NCBI RefSeq assembly: GCF_006345805.1
Contig: NC_042999.1
Span: forward strand, 143,902,001-143,966,000
Direction of reading: 5' to 3'
Origin: Octopus sinensis
Lineage: Eukaryota
Length of the DNA: 64,000 nucleotides
The position numbers and the translations under genes are program-made. Positions 38,869-53,240 of the stretch are shown piece by piece. Below the pieces are notes generated by a model, which did not search any database, was not told the DNA's origin, and saw only the letters and a program-made list of their open reading frames with translations. How positions within the stretch are numbered: position 1 is the stretch's first letter; the number at the start of each line of letters is the position of its first letter.

Positions 38869-39517
38869 GTTTGACTTTTGCTTTACATTTATACAAGTTG
38901 GCTCCAAGTCTCACCCGGAGACCTCAAGAGAGAACAAGTTGAAAGTTCATGTTGGTGTTATGCCTAGGGTGCCATATATTTGGTTTTGTACATAGGGTTG
39001 TTCTAGAGAATGTTTAAGAAACCATAAGAAAATCATGTTTGTTTTAAAACTTGAGATTACATAGAAAATATTTTGCGTAGGATATGAGCAGTTCCCATGA
39101 GCACTATCTTTTGAATTTCTATTTTGGGGTTTCCTGGTATCTGAGCTAGGTAGCAATCAGCCCCTTTTTGCTATCATTCCCAGGGCACCTATAACAACAG
39201 GTATTGGTTTAGTCTTCAGGTTCCACATTTGCTAATTTCTATTTCAAGATCTTTATATTTGCTCAGTTTTTGGTAGGTCTTGACAGATACGTTTATATCG
39301 ATTGTGACAGTCATATCAATGAGGAGGCATGATTTTTGTCTGGCCTATTCGCAATATGATGTCTGGTCTATTCGCATCTATCTTTCTATCAGTTTAAATG
39401 GGGAAGTTCCAGCACTGGAGGTGGTTTGTGTTCCCACCAGTGTTTATCATGGGGCAAGTCCAGGCTTTTGTAAATTACACAGTGAATATATTGTGCAGCT
39501 CTATCATGCCTGTTGAG
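38869..39517 (-). mobile_element. R4/Dong LINE 3' portion (family B)
   Basis: Matches 37699-38330 and 48040-48700; LNRHDRAAQYIH; abuts (TAT)n. Confidence 0.85.
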
Positions 39518-39534
39518 ATACTTTATTATTATTA

Positions 39535-39583
<49 letters not shown>

Positions 39584-39602
39584 TATTATCATCATCATTA
39601 TT

Positions 39603-40387
39603 GAGTGAGATAGGAGTGCATGTCATCAAAATGACACTGGGGTAAAATATACGAAGCCCAGTATACCCATCATGACTACCCGTCTGATAAGGGTACACCA
39701 GGCACATGCATTACAACCATGTGTGCGTGACAGGGTGATCTCATATCAAGATAAACAGCGCATGACCTTGCAGGTGGGGCCCAGTTAGAATTTTCTTCTG
39801 GTCGAGTATCACATCCTGCTTAAAAGGTCCCTGAAGAAGGGCTGTTTAAGGATGTTTAACGAAATATTCATGTTCGCCAAACCTCAAAGAATTCCTTTCA
39901 ACACATGGCTATGATGCTCCTCCACTATTTCTGCTCATGATCAGGGATGCGAATATCATCAGCCACTAAGGGACATGCTCAACTGGCTATGGTCAAACAA
40001 CTGACAAACAAATCTGTGGTATTGAGCAGCATATTTTCTGTAGTCCATCTTTTTAATTCTTTATTGCCCAGAAGGGGCTAAACATAGAGGGGACAAACAA
40101 GAACAGACAAAGGGACTAAGTCGATTACATCGACCTCAGTGCGTAACTGGTACTTATTTAATCGACCCCGAAAGGATGAAAGGCAAAGTCGACCTCGGTG
40201 GATTTTGAACTCAGAACGTAGCGACAGACGAAATACCGCTAAGCATTTCGCCCGGCGTGCTAACGTTTCTGCCAGCTCGCCGCCTGTGGCCCATCTTTTA
40301 TACTAAGACAAAACATGTACATGATAACACTTCCGATCAGTTAAGATCAGAAGCCATGAAAGATACCGCAGGGTACTGAATCAGGAC
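39603..40387 (-). mobile_element. Unassigned ~570-bp repeat, copy 3, interrupted by a SINE
   Basis: Colinear with the other copies on both sides of the SINE. Confidence 0.85.
40055..40284 (-). mobile_element. Well-preserved SINE with a 17-bp target-site duplication
   Basis: Flanked by TGTAGTCCATCTTTTTA (40039-40055) and TGTGGCCCATCTTTTTA (40285-40301). The core GTCGACTTTGCCTTTCATCCTTTCGGGGTCGATTAAATAAGTACCAG resembles my recollection of the MetaSINE domain. Confidence 0.9.
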
Positions 40388-40396
40388 ATTATTATT

Positions 40397-40931
40397 CAGT
40401 GAGAGAGAGTAGTGAGTGACGCTAGGGCACAAATATATGAAACCCAATATACCTATCATGACTACCGGTTTGATAAGGGTACACCAAGCTCATGTATCAC
40501 AACCATGTGTTCCACTTAGTGACTATGTATCAAGAGAGAAAGTGCATGACTTTGCAGGTGGGGTTCAATAAGAATTTTCTTCAGGTTGAGTATCCCATCA
40601 CGCTCAAAAGGTCTCTGAATAAGGATTGTTTAAAGATTACGACCGAAGCACCCCAAGTTTCGAGGGTGAATTATTCAAACCCATAAAATCTCATTCAGCA
40701 CTTGGCTATGATGCACCCCTACTACATCTGCAGATAATGTGAGATGCACACATCGTCAACTACTAAAGGAATACTCAGTTGGTTAAAGCCAAGCAGTTGA
40801 TAAACAAATCTGTGGTACTGTGCAGAATATTGCTATAAGCCATCATTTACACCAAGATAAAACACATCTTAAAACCTCCAGTCTCTTAAGATCAGAAGAC
40901 GTGAGAAATACTGTCTCGTATTGCAACAGGG
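40397..40931 (-). mobile_element. Unassigned ~570-bp repeat, copy 4 (more diverged)
   Basis: Colinear with the other copies; head-to-tail with copy 3; followed by (TAG)n. Confidence 0.8.
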
Positions 40932-40989
40932 TAGTAGTAGTAGTAGTAGTAGTAGTAGTATAGTAGTAGTAGTAGTAGTATAGTAGTAG

Positions 40990-43020
40990 TAGTTTTATGC
41001 TTATCACGTGCTTTCACTGCATTATCCTGTGCAACACTGTGCGCCTTGGGTATGTGCTCCAGTGTATTTAGTGTTGCTGTTTTTACTGTATTAAAATTGC
41101 TTTACGTAGAGTGTGTGCGGTGTCTAGCTGTGCTATTTTCTGTCTTAGTGTTTTGGTTATGCATTTCTGTCCTAGTGTTTCGGTTATGTATTTCTCTGTA
41201 TGATTTGTAACCATACATCATACACCTCTTTCTTTAAGGATTGTTTTTGCTTTCAGGCCCCACATTCAGGTTATCTCTCTTTCCAGTTCTTTTTATTTCG
41301 AGTGTTTTTTCCGGTTCTTTTAGATATGAATGCCATCTGTTGCGACTGATATGTCGATCCGAAGGCATACTTTTTCTTGGTTGTCTCTAACAACATCTGG
41401 TCCGTTGACCTTTATCTCTCAATCTTTGTACATTGGCATATCTCAAAATATGGCTTTGTCATTTTTTGATACCTCTTATGGGGTATGACTATATCATGTT
41501 TTTCCTGCTGTCATTCCGTAGTGTTACCACAGCTACCCGTGTATACAGATCCCAACTATGTTGTATCAGCAGATATATTCCTTCTTCAGTCAGGATTGGG
41601 CAGCCAGAGACAATATGTTTTATTGTTAAGACGTCGAGCTGGAAGAATTGTTAGCAAACCGGACAAAATGCTTAGCGGCAATTAGATATTCATTATCATA
41701 TGGCATTGTAAAGTATGATCTTGGAATGCTTCTTTTGTCCTCTATATTCATATTTAGTTTTCTTGCTTCAATAGTGTGGTCATCCATGTTAGCGTTCCAT
41801 TTTCCGTACAGTCAGTAAGAAACGGTTGTACATAACCGTGTATACTTCGAAGACTTTTTATCCAGAATCCATGACAATCTGATCTGGAGCTTTCTAATTT
41901 GATATATTTTTAAGCAACTTTGTCCCCTCTTATTTGTAATATATTTTCTGTTGCGCTCCATCTTCCATTTCCTTTTTAAATATCCTTAACCGGTCTGTTT
42001 TTATTTTAAGTTTAAATTTAAGGCTCCAAATTTCTGACCAAAAGGTCCTTGCTGCTTCAGCATCTGCTATTTCACATCTCTGATGATCTTCATTGTTCAG
42101 CTGTTGGTAAAATCTCCTTTCGTTGTTTCAGAAGAGCTTGTTCTGCTGATATTGTCTTGTTCTTCATTGGTATTTGTTTCCTTCTTTTTTAATTCGACAC
42201 GGCTTTGATTTATTTTTACTTGATTTCTTTTTTAACTATCATTTTTTTCTACCTAATGCTGTGAATTTCTTTGCAGCTCGTTCCTGATCATCTTCTTATC
42301 TATGGTTACATATATCCTTCCAAGATATCTCTTCAGCTATTCTATCGGTTCTCAAGACTTCGTTCCCACCATGTTTTTCCCGCCATGCCATGATTATCTT
42401 TAATTTTTAACCCCAAGAATTTCCAATGCAATAGACGTTGCGCAGTAAATAAGGTCATTTAGGTCTGCTATATTTTAGACACAAATTTAGGTAAACAGCT
42501 AATCCACCTTCACTACATGATGTAGTTTTCCTCTTTCAATTCCTCTTAAGGCTGGTAGTCTCTTTCTGTCACTTGCCCGTGTCTCATTTAGATATTGTAA
42601 TATGCTCCTTTCCTCCTCTGTAGCATTGCTTTCTTCCACGAAGGAAAACTTTTCTTCTGGGCAGTAATTTATCTTGATGATTAATTGGCCCCTCCATTAT
42701 TTCTTGTTCTCATTCAATTTCCTTTTCGTGTTGTTCTATATAGTAGATTTCCTCCTCTCACTGTAAACTGTAACCAGTTTTTCATGGTCGGATTCTTCTG
42801 GTACAGAAAGTTTTGTTCCATGATTGGATATATGTCGTTCTCTATCCATATTTTATACACTCTCTTCTAATCTATTTTGGTCGGCTCACTTCTGTAATAG
42901 CATCTATCACAGTCCTATTGTTGTTTTCAGACCATCTTCTCCTAATCTCCTATTCTTCTTATAATTACCATTTTGCTATGCAATAGTCTTTTGTTGTGTA
43001 ATTTTGCTGCAATATTGAGC
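40990..43020 (-). mobile_element. Old R4/Dong LINE: N-terminus and 3' end present, RT absent
   Basis: RRWSENNNRTV at about 42940, NERRFYQQLN at about 42110, then HIVSGCPIL at about 41600 and a family A-like 3' UTR. Confidence 0.65.
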
Positions 43021-43029
43021 GCAGTTCTC

Positions 43030-45110
43030 TATGTCTTACATACTTGCAATGTATTATAAGTGCGATGCCCTATAATACTATTTTCTTTATGTGAAGCGTA
43101 TTTGTAAGCCATGCATATTTGTATGTATCTTTTTTCGCTTTCGAGTTACTTTTTCTTATAGGATTGTTTCTGTTTTCAATACCCACGTCCATGTTATCTC
43201 TATCATCAATAAGTGGATAATTTCTCCATTTCTTTTGAAGGTACATTACCATCAATTAAATGACATACTTTGGCTAGTAAACTGTTGCTTTACTTGTGGA
43301 TAGTTACACCAATATCTTGTCAATTCGCTTAGATTTTCCCTCTTTTTGTATTTGCATATCGCATAGCAGGGGTAATTTGTTATTCTCGAGAAATTTTCTG
43401 CTTCCACCAGCTTGTCTTGGTATTCATAATGCTGGTATAACGTCTGGTGTAAATTACAACTCTATTATGTCTGTCGATGTATTCTCTCTAGTTTAAGACT
43501 GAGAAATCAAAGAGGTAAATAGATTCTTCCCTATATCCATATAATCTGCGGTAATGTAACATTCTGCTTTATTATACTTTTAGTAGTTCCTGGTGGTGAG
43601 ACTATGTTATTGTGTCTCAATCAAATATTCTTCAATCTCACGTTTGAGCACTGTGCTTCTCGAGGTGACTTGAATTTTTCCTTCAGTGCCCATATTCTGC
43701 TCAGCTTATATTGGCTATGCAAAGGATTTTTGCCATCGATTTATCAAAGGATCCTGTCGCTTCCTTTTTAGCTCATATGCTAACCTTTTCCCAATTTCTG
43801 CTATTTATTCATTCACTTCATAACTATGTTTTACATTTGTTGATTGCCTTGAAGATAGAAAATTGTTTTGTTCGCATTTTGTAGCTATTTGTATTAAATT
43901 CATATGATACTTCACTAGATATTTTTGTAGTCATACAATATTAATTTTATAATAGTTTTGTAATTGAATAAGGCTCCTGCTATCTAGAGTTCGTTGCAAA
44001 TATAACCTTTCTATGTTAGATTTTTGGTGGTGTATTTTAAATACAGTATTTTTTTTGTTTTTTGCGTATTTATCTGCTTAGTCTTGCTAGCTGTTCATCG
44101 TCCAATTGAGAGTATCATACTATTATCAATTACTGGATAAGCTAGCGCGTTATGCCTCTTAACTTATCTTTTTCATTTAGATTTTTTTTTAATAATCTTA
44201 TACATATATATTCTTTTTCTAACATTTTACTTCATTTATGTCTGGTTGATTCCTACGTATTTGTAAGTCTGTATTTGTTGTAATTCCCTTATCCTAGTTT
44301 CAGTATCGATCATATTAACGCTATTAATTTTTCTCCCTTCATGATGTTGAAGCGTATTTTACTAGTTTGAATCTCATAAAATTCTCTACTAAATTTGTGT
44401 AATATCTCCAGTAGTGTTTATAGTTGTTTGTCATCTGTAGTATATAACTTGAGGCTGATTACATACAAAAGTTGTTGACTGTATCCTAGCCTACTCCTTA
44501 TTGTCTTAAACTGTTTTAATCTGCCATTTATAGGTGCATGTGCCAGATAGGTAAGTAGCGAAGAGAATAGCTACTTGAAATATACCTTTGCTAATAGAAA
44601 CATGCTTAGTTTTTATAATTCTTTCTTTTGTCTCTATAGAACTGTTTGCCACACACTCAGAACGAAAGTCTCCAGGATCTATAAGTCGAGCACATTGCCA
44701 AAAACCTTCTCGCAACTGATCCATAGGATGCTCAGGCCCTTTTTTGAAAAGTCTCTTTTTAAAGTCTGCAGTTGTGGGTTTGTAGCATCCTTTCCGCTCA
44801 TCTGGAAACGAATTGATATAGAGGTTTCTATGTTTTATGTTATATTATTGTAACTAAGTCTTTGTGGGGTTTAGAAAGGCTGGGTATGGGCCTGTATTTT
44901 TTAGTATTTCGGCATTAAGTGTTGTTTTCCTTCAGTAAGCCAGTAAGGCATTGTATCTGGCTCCATAAATATCTTTTTAAATAAGTCTATTTGCATCGTA
45001 TATGATTCTGTTAAATATTTTAACCAAAAGTAATTTGATGCCTTCCGGTTCTGCTGGTTTTTCCGTCTCCCTCTTTTTGGTTTTGTCGTCTATAAAGAAA
45101 TATCAAGAAT
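43030..45110 (-). mobile_element. Old R4/Dong LINE, RT to RLE, heavily decayed
   Basis: LSILWISCEKVF, SKGIFQ, LKLYTTDDKQL, KKIVL. Confidence 0.65.
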
Positions 45111-45495
45111 AATAATTCTTTCTAAGTATGGCAAAAGATCAGAAATTTCTAGGAGGAGGGATTAGCTGATTACCTCGACCCCAAGATTTGAGTGGTATTT
45201 TATTTTATCAATACTGTAAGGATGAGAGATAAAGTTAACTTCAGCGGTTTATAAACTCACTTCGTACAGAGCCGGAAGAAATACCGCGAAGCAATTTGTC
45301 CCACACGTTAATTTTTCAGTTGGTTCGCCATCCTTTGTAATGGTCTCTAATTTAGACACAAGGCCAATAATTTTCAGGGGAATAGCTTATCCCATATTAT
45401 TTATCCCAGTACTTGACTGGTACCTTATTTTAGAGACTACAAAAGAAGATAGGCAGTTAATTTCGGCGGCATAACAATAATAATAATAATAATAT

Positions 45496-45554
<59 letters not shown>

Positions 45555-45689
45555 CACTAGCATGAAAGTGCAGCAAGTGATGAAATAGAAAGTTACTTGA
45601 AACTACTAGATGTCGAATAATAATAGTGGTGATGATGATGGTTACGAACATTATCTTACCTCAGTTTATGAGAGACAAGTGTTTGCCTA

Positions 45690-48600
45690 GAAACTTATGA
45701 TAACGGCGAAAATGAGGCTGAAACATTAAGGGAAGGATTCTCGCTCGGCAGTGGTTCATTGAAGATGCTGACTGACCATAGCTGTTATCCTAAGACGGCA
45801 TCAACAGATAATAGAATGAGGAGGAGGAACTGGAACAGCGAAGAAAACAGGATAGTCGTGCAGTGCTACTTACAAAGTGAACCTAAAAGAGGGGGTTATA
45901 TCAAACGGATGTTAACACTTTGGGTAGAGAAGGATATGTTTAAAGTGACTGAACAGAGACCAGAAGACCAATCTAATGCTATTAGGAGAAGAAAGTGAAT
46001 GACAGAATTGGATGTGGAAGAGACCACAAGAGAACTAGAAAAGAAAGAGCAGGCAGTCGGAAAGACAACATCATAAAAGATGTTCAAACCAAAGAAGAGC
46101 CTAAAGGAAAAAAATAATAATAGCAGTGCCAATCAGGAAGCGGCAACTGAAACCAGCGATTTAACTGAGGAAGATCAGAAGATTTTAGATGAGTTGCAGG
46201 AAGCAATGAGTAAAGAAGAAAGAGAAAGATTGCCAGAATAAAATAGTACCAACAGAAGGAAGCTGCTAGATATGACTAGGGAAAGTAGATTCTGTTATCA
46301 GTAGGATAGATACTAAAAATAAAGGTGACACTAACTTATTGATCTATGGAGGAGGTTAGATATTCCACAAGGAAAGATTAGAAAAGTGCAAATGTGGAAA
46401 AGGAGACTACTAAATAAAGCGAAGTCTTTAAGACAAGATCTAAGTAGAATAGATTCCTGGAAACTGAACAAGTTAGGAACCAAATAATTATAAACCTGCT
46501 TAACAAAAATGTACAAAATACTAACATCTGCCTTGACTGAATATATCTATGTTTTTTTAATTGAATGTGGAATGTTACCTAATGAGCAAAAAGGATGTAA
46601 ACGTGGGTCCAATGGTTGTAAACATCAGCTACTCATCAATAAAATGATCTTGGAAGATTATCACAAACGACACAAAATATTGTCGATAGCCTGGGTAGAC
46701 TATAAAAATGCTTTTGATAGTCTATGACATAGCTGGATTAAGAAATGACTGGAAATCTTTAAAATAGCACCTACTCTGCGAAACTTTTTGTAAGTATGAG
46801 ATCATGGAGAACCACCATGACTTTGAACAGTGACAATGAATCTCTCAATGAGGGAGATGTAAGAATTTCATGTGATATTTTCCAGGGTTGCTCTCTATCA
46901 ACACTCCTCTTTTGTATAGCCTTAATACCTCTCTCAAAATTGCTCGATCATGTACAATACGGCTATAAAATGTTTGATAAAATATAAATCATCTCATTTA
47001 TACGGATGATTTAAAGCTCTTTGCAAAAAATGACCAACAACTACAGGGCTAACTAGCGATTGTTAAATAATTCTGTGATGACATCAGGATGCAATTTGGC
47101 CTCGATAAATGTGCAAAAGCTACCTTTATCAAAGGGATAATGACAGAAACATCCAATGTTAATCTTGACCAGCAGAATGTCAGAAAGGAGTTAGAACCAG
47201 CAGAGAGCTACGAATACCTAGGGATATTTGAAGATGATGGAACCAAACATTCAATGATGAGAGAAAGGATCAGGAGCGAATGTTATCGCGGGGTAGGGGC
47301 AATATTCAAGAGAGAACTGAATGCAAGAAATAGGATCGAAGCGGTCAATAATTTAGCCATACCGGTCGTGACTTACACTTTCAAAATCATTAACAGGTCA
47401 ATTACTGAAATTTGTAATCTTGACAGAAAATACGAAAATTGTTGAATGCGCCACCCTAAGGCAGATATAGAACGACATTACTGCCAAGAAAAGAGGGTGT
47501 CTGTGCACATTTACAACTGGAATTAACAATGGAGATTGCCACAATTGGCCTAAACACCTGCTTGAAAAACTCTGATGACTGGATGTTAAAACCTTCTTAA
47601 AGCATGAAAACAAGAAAGTATCATACTCAGTAACAAAACAGGCAAAGGAATATCTAAGTGAATTCGAAATACAAGTCCCAGAATTAGACGTGCTGGAAAC
47701 AAGCACAGAAAAAACTAAACGTATGAAAGTCTGTGCTAAATCTGCAGGCTTAGATATTCTTACTGATAAAACTTCTCAGTGGCAAATACCCAAAGAGAGC
47801 TAATAGCGCCGATGTTGACAAATCCCTTATGCATTAATGGTTAGTGTCTTCTGGCTTAAAATCGAAAACAGAAGGGTTTATCATAGCAGCCCCAAATCAA
47901 TGCCTACCTACAAGGAACTACCAGGCCAACATATTAAAGAACAGCAGTATCACATGTCGTGTATGTAAACAACAAAATGAAACCATTAATGATGTTGTCT
48001 CCATGTGCAGTCTTCTTGCGCCTACAGATCTCAACAGGCATGATAGACCAGCATAATGTATTAATTGGATAATTTGCAAAAACCTGGACCTGCCCCATGA
48101 TAAAAACTGTAGGGAACACAAGTCACTTCCAGTAATTGAAAGTGATCCCATCTCACTCCTCTGGAACTTCACAGTTCAAACTGATAGAAAGAGAGATGCG
48201 AATAGGCCAGACATTATATTGAATGACTTCAGAAAGAAATTATGCCTCCTCATTGATATGATTGTCCCAATCGACGTAAATGTATCTCTCAAGACCTACC
48301 AAAAACTGAGCAAGTATAAACATCTTGAAATAGAAATTGGCAAAATGTGGAACCTGAAGACTAAAACAATACCTGTTGTTATAGGTGCCCCAGGAAGGAT
48401 AGGAAAAGGGACTGGTTGGTACCTAGGTCAGATACCAGGCAAAAAATGGAAGAAATTCAAAAATTAGTGTTCATGAGAACTACCATAGCCTACGTAAAAT
48501 ACTCTGTATGTAATCCCAAATTTTCAAACAAACTTATCATTTTCTTATGTTTTCTTAGACACTCTCTAGAACAATAATTTGTGCAAAACCAAATATATGG

Positions 48601-48702
48601 CACCCTAATCATAACACCAACTTGAAATTCTAACTTGTCTCTTCAGGTCTCTGAGTGAGACTTGGAGTCAACTTGTACAAATACCAAGTAAAAGTTAAAC
48701 AT
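45690..48702 (+). mobile_element. R4/Dong LINE (family B), near full length, the only plus-strand copy
   Basis: RRRNWNSEENRIVVQCYLQSEP, MYKILTSALT, WVDYKNAFDS, IFQGCSLS, FGLDKCAKA, CRVCKQQNETIN, KYKHLEIE; the pre-RT linker appears deleted at about 46490. Confidence 0.9.
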
Positions 48703-50130
48703 AATATCATTGCTATCATCATCATCATCATCATCATCACCACCACCACCATTTTCATCATAATGTTTGCGATTATGATGATGATGATGATGAACATGAT
48801 GTAGATATCGTTATAATTATAACAGCTGCTATTGTTACTATTATTTCTATGCTAATTTCCATATAATTACTGTTATATTTTTTGTTTTTCCAGCTGTTTT
48901 TTCAGTTTGTCTAGGCTGTAGCTTCCTTCTAATATTCTTTAACTGTAGGTCACTCAGCCACCGTTTACATATGATTTGGCACATTTGATGCGCCTCTCAT
49001 TTGTTCAGCATCTGGAAATATGCCAAATACTTAATGATGATGAAAGTAATAATGATGAGAAGGAAGCATCAGGTGAAGAAGAAGAGGGGGATTTCTAACT
49101 TACGAATATGCTCAGTTTATATCAGTTTCCTTTTCTTCCTGCCAGGGAAATGTTTGTTTAATCATTATTTGCTTGTTTGTTGTTGTCGTTGTTATTGTTA
49201 CTCCTATTTGACTGAGAAAACTTATGATCAAAGGTTTTCTAGCCATGACAACCTCTGTTTATATTTACTTTTAAACCTAGTGTATGTAAGACTACATTTT
49301 CCAAATCTCTTCGCTGTTGTGATTGAAGGGTGATTTGGCAGCCATTTCTATCAGATCAGATAGTTGCACGTAATACTCTGTCATTAGCAACCAAAGAATA
49401 TGCATCGGTTGCATTATCACGTAGCGGCGGCTGCTGGATTAGCAGATTCGGTGATGAAGAGGGAAATGCCCTCTAGTAATAATTTACCTCTCTTTGCTTT
49501 CTGAATTGAATTACTGCTGTAATCAACTTTGCTTTAACCTTTACGGGTGTATAGACAGAACAAGCATAGCTAAAATACTGTGGTCGGTATAATCGACTGT
49601 TGCTGTGCTCGCCACCCTGCCCACCCCAAAAGGAAAAATAAATGTGTGGTCTTGTGCCAAAGAAATAAATTATTATTAAGAGCAGTAGATTAGTAGAACA
49701 ACTGCCTCGCAATATTTTCCATTACCTTTTATATTCCGAGTTCAGACACCGCTGAAGTCAACTTTGTCTATTATCAATGCTGGGTTGATAAGATTAGTAT
49801 CAATAAAGTTTTAGGAACAATATAATCGACTGTTCTGTTCCCTAAAAATTTTAGTCTAGCGCCAATGCAAGAAATCCTCATCGTCTAACAAAATGTCTTG
49901 TAGCACATATTCTGACTCTTTTATGTCCTGAGTTCAAATTTTACCAAGGCCAATTTTGCTTTTACATCTTTCCAAGTTCATAAAATAGAATAACAGTAAA
50001 AGTCTGGAACCAATGGTATCGACTAACACCCGCTACTCCAAATCTTAATAGCTGGTACCTGAATCAACAACCCTAATGATTATCATTATCATCATCATCA
50101 TCATCATCATTATTATTATTATTATTATTA

Positions 50131-51022
50131 GCATCTTCTTTCAATTCTGTTTCCATTTCTTGTCGAGTGTCTTCCTGACACCCAGGGCAGATAAACGTAC
50201 TGTATACATTCGTAGGCCATTAAAACAAGCACACCAGATTGTTCATTTACAAAGTCATGTGACAGAGAAAAAAGGGAAGACAGAGACAAAAAATAAAAAA
50301 TAAGAAAAAGAAAAGTAAACAAATAAAATAAAGTGGGGAAATGAAAAGAAAATTTACAGCTTCTTCTCAATTCGTGTGACGTACCAGTTAAGACAATCTT
50401 TTGCACTTCATGCATGGATGGTAAGCCAGGTATCATTCTTAAATAAATTTCAGTTCCTTTTTTGATCATTTCAAATGCTCCTACAATCACTGGTATTTTA
50501 ATCGTTTTGAGATGCCACATCTTTTCGATTTCGATTTGCAGATCTTTATATTTTCTGAGCTTATCAAATTCTTTTACTGAGATATTATGGTCACAGGGTA
50601 TGCTCGTGTCAATCAATAAACAGATTTTATTGCTTTTGTTTTTCATAACAATATCTGGCTTATTTGCCTTGATGGTCCAGTCTGTACATACTGGGAACTC
50701 CCTCAGAATAGTTACATTTCTCCGTCAGTTACAGCCTCAGGGTGTGCTTGTATCATTTGTCAGCAGTTTTGATTTTATAATGCCGACACATTATCCAGTG
50801 TAAACATTGGCCAACTCTGTCATGTTTTGATTTGTACTCTACAGGTGCTAAAACCTTACGTCTAGAGATTAGGTGGTCGACTGTTTCTATTCCATCGTTG
50901 CAGTATCGGCATTTAGGTCTACACCATTTCTCATCACATTGGCTTGATAGTTCCGAGTCAGTAAGCTCTGATCTTCAAACCCTTCACTCTGATCTGATAA
51001 ACCCTTCACTCTCTGTCTTTAG
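50131..51022 (-). mobile_element. R4/Dong LINE 3' portion (family C)
   Basis: LLIDTSIPCDHNISVKEFDKLRKYKDLQIEIEKMW...IPVIVGA; triplet arrays on both ends. Confidence 0.9.
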
Positions 51023-51049
51023 CCCTCATCATCATCATCATCATCATCA

Positions 51050-51267
51050 TTACTATGCAGTGAGCAGGCAGGATCGTTAACACGTCGAGCACAATTCTTA
51101 ACAGTATTTCGTCCGCCTTGATATTCTGAGTTCAAATTCTGCTGAGGTCGACTTTGCCTTTCGTCTTTTCAGGGTGGATAAATTAAGTACCAGTTAAACA
51201 CTGTGGTCGATGCAATCGACTAGTCCCCTTCCCCAAGATTTCAGGCTTTGTGCCTTTAATAAAAAGG

Positions 51268-51311
<44 letters not shown>

Positions 51312-51685
51312 ACCCAGCGTAATGAGGGAATCGTCTCCTTGGCGTTATATCGCAGCGAACCGACGAACAGACTAAACATATACATTAAATATGTATGGTT
51401 GATAATGTTTACAACACTAGCGCTGCATTTAATTCGTTACTCGATTTAATCTTATATATACATCATCGTGGCATACTAACAAATAATGTTTTTACATTAA
51501 CCGTATTTCGTCTGCCGTTACGTTCTGAGTTCAAATTCCGCCGAGGTCGACTTTGCCTTTCATCCTTTCGGGGTCGATAAATTAAGTACCAGTTACGCAT
51601 TGGGGACGTTGTAATCGACTTAATCCCTTTGTCTGTCCTTGTTTGTCCTCTCTGTATTTAGCCACTTGTGGGTAGTAAAGAAATA
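51050..51685 (+). mobile_element. Two SINE copies (about 51050-51265 and 51500-51685)
   Basis: GAGTTCAAATT...GAGGTCGACTTTGCCTTT...AATTAAGTACCAG in both. Confidence 0.85.
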
Positions 51686-52094
51686 TATATTTAGTCAGAC
51701 ACTGACGATTCGATTCATCTCCGGTTCGATTCAGATACGTGATGTTGATAAGCCACAAAAATGGCGAAATATCGTAATCTATCACACCTGAATGTTATCA
51801 GGAGCGAGATGTCTTGCCTGTCTATGACTTCCAGATGTTTTAACACCGGGCGCAATGAGGGAGTCGTCCCTCAGGCGCTATACCACAGCAAATCGGGGAA
51901 CAAACAAAAGACATATATTGAGTGTGTGCGGTCGATAATGTTTACAACACTAGCACTGCTTCTAATTCGTATGTGTATGTATGTGTGTGTGTGTTAGTGT
52001 GTGCGCGTGTGTGTATGCATGTATATGTATGTATGTGTGTATTTGTGTGTGTTTTTGTGTGTGTGTTTGTGTGTGCGTGTGTTTGTGTGTGCGT

Positions 52095-52300
52095 CAGATG
52101 ATTTGATTTCACCCTGATTTTCGCAAGCTCATAGGGAGGCCTTGATTTTCTCAGACACGAAAATGACGAAAACGAGTCTCCCTGAAAAATCTCCCTCCAT
52201 ATTTTCACACTTCTTAATGATTCACTTCCGTATTTTAGTTCTACTTTCCACAATCTCATTGCTTTTCCTAAAAAGTTGTTAATTGTGTCCTTGATACACA
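52095..52300 (-). mobile_element. R4/Dong RT fragment (family D)
   Basis: WKVELKYG...REIFQGDSFS...KSNHL. Confidence 0.75.
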
Positions 52301-53111
52301 CATAAACCACCACCACCGCCGCTGCGAGTGGATCTCAGAAACTCCAAGAGCTAAGGGTGTGGAACATTAACGTATGATTTTCTGTGCCTGTTTCAGAAAG
52401 CTATACAAATTAAATACGGACTCCCTACACTTTCTTTCGGCTTGTATATTAGCACTTTCTTGCCTTTATCAACCTGCTGCTATTTTATTCTTTGTATAGT
52501 CAGTAAGAAAGCGTTGTATATAACTATATTCATTTGTGATATTTTTAAGAGTGATACATTATCTTACTGTGAACGCAGGTGATTTCCAGTTTGGTATAGT
52601 ATTGCGATGAGGAGCTGTTGCTCAATATTACTACACACATTACAAAGCGAAATTAAATAGGAAAATACTGGAAGAAAATGCATACTTTATAGAATATCAT
52701 TCATGTGTAGAAGATTAATTATGAAAATTATATTCATATTGCGACACTATGCCAAAATTTATACTTACACACACCAAAAACTTCTGCCATTGAAAAACCG
52801 AACGGTCAAAATTTTCCCGTGACAAACAAATCAACACATGACTGTTGATGCATGATGCTAATGCTCAAAAAACATTTTGAGGGAAAATTAACAAAATTTC
52901 AGTCAGAAATAGCATAATGAATCAATACAAGTGCAAAATATATTCAATTCAATTCTATAAAAAAGGAATCTTTGAACGTCTAGAAAATAGGATATAGATT
53001 TAAGTGCTCCACTATTCCAAACCAGCTGCTTCAAAATAACAAGAAAATACGAAAAATATAATATAAAAAAGACAAAACTGGAACATAGTTGTTTATTGAG
53101 ACATACGTGTA

Positions 53112-53163
<52 letters not shown>

Positions 53164-53194
53164 GCACAAACGCATACACTCACACACACACACT

Positions 53195-53230
<36 letters not shown>

Positions 53231-53240
53231 CATTTATCTT

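Noticed and set aside
48985-49110. Acidic peptide EICQILNDDESNNDEKEASGEEEE after an AG
   Set aside because: Short, no convincing donor or domain; could be a DNA-transposon N-terminus relic.
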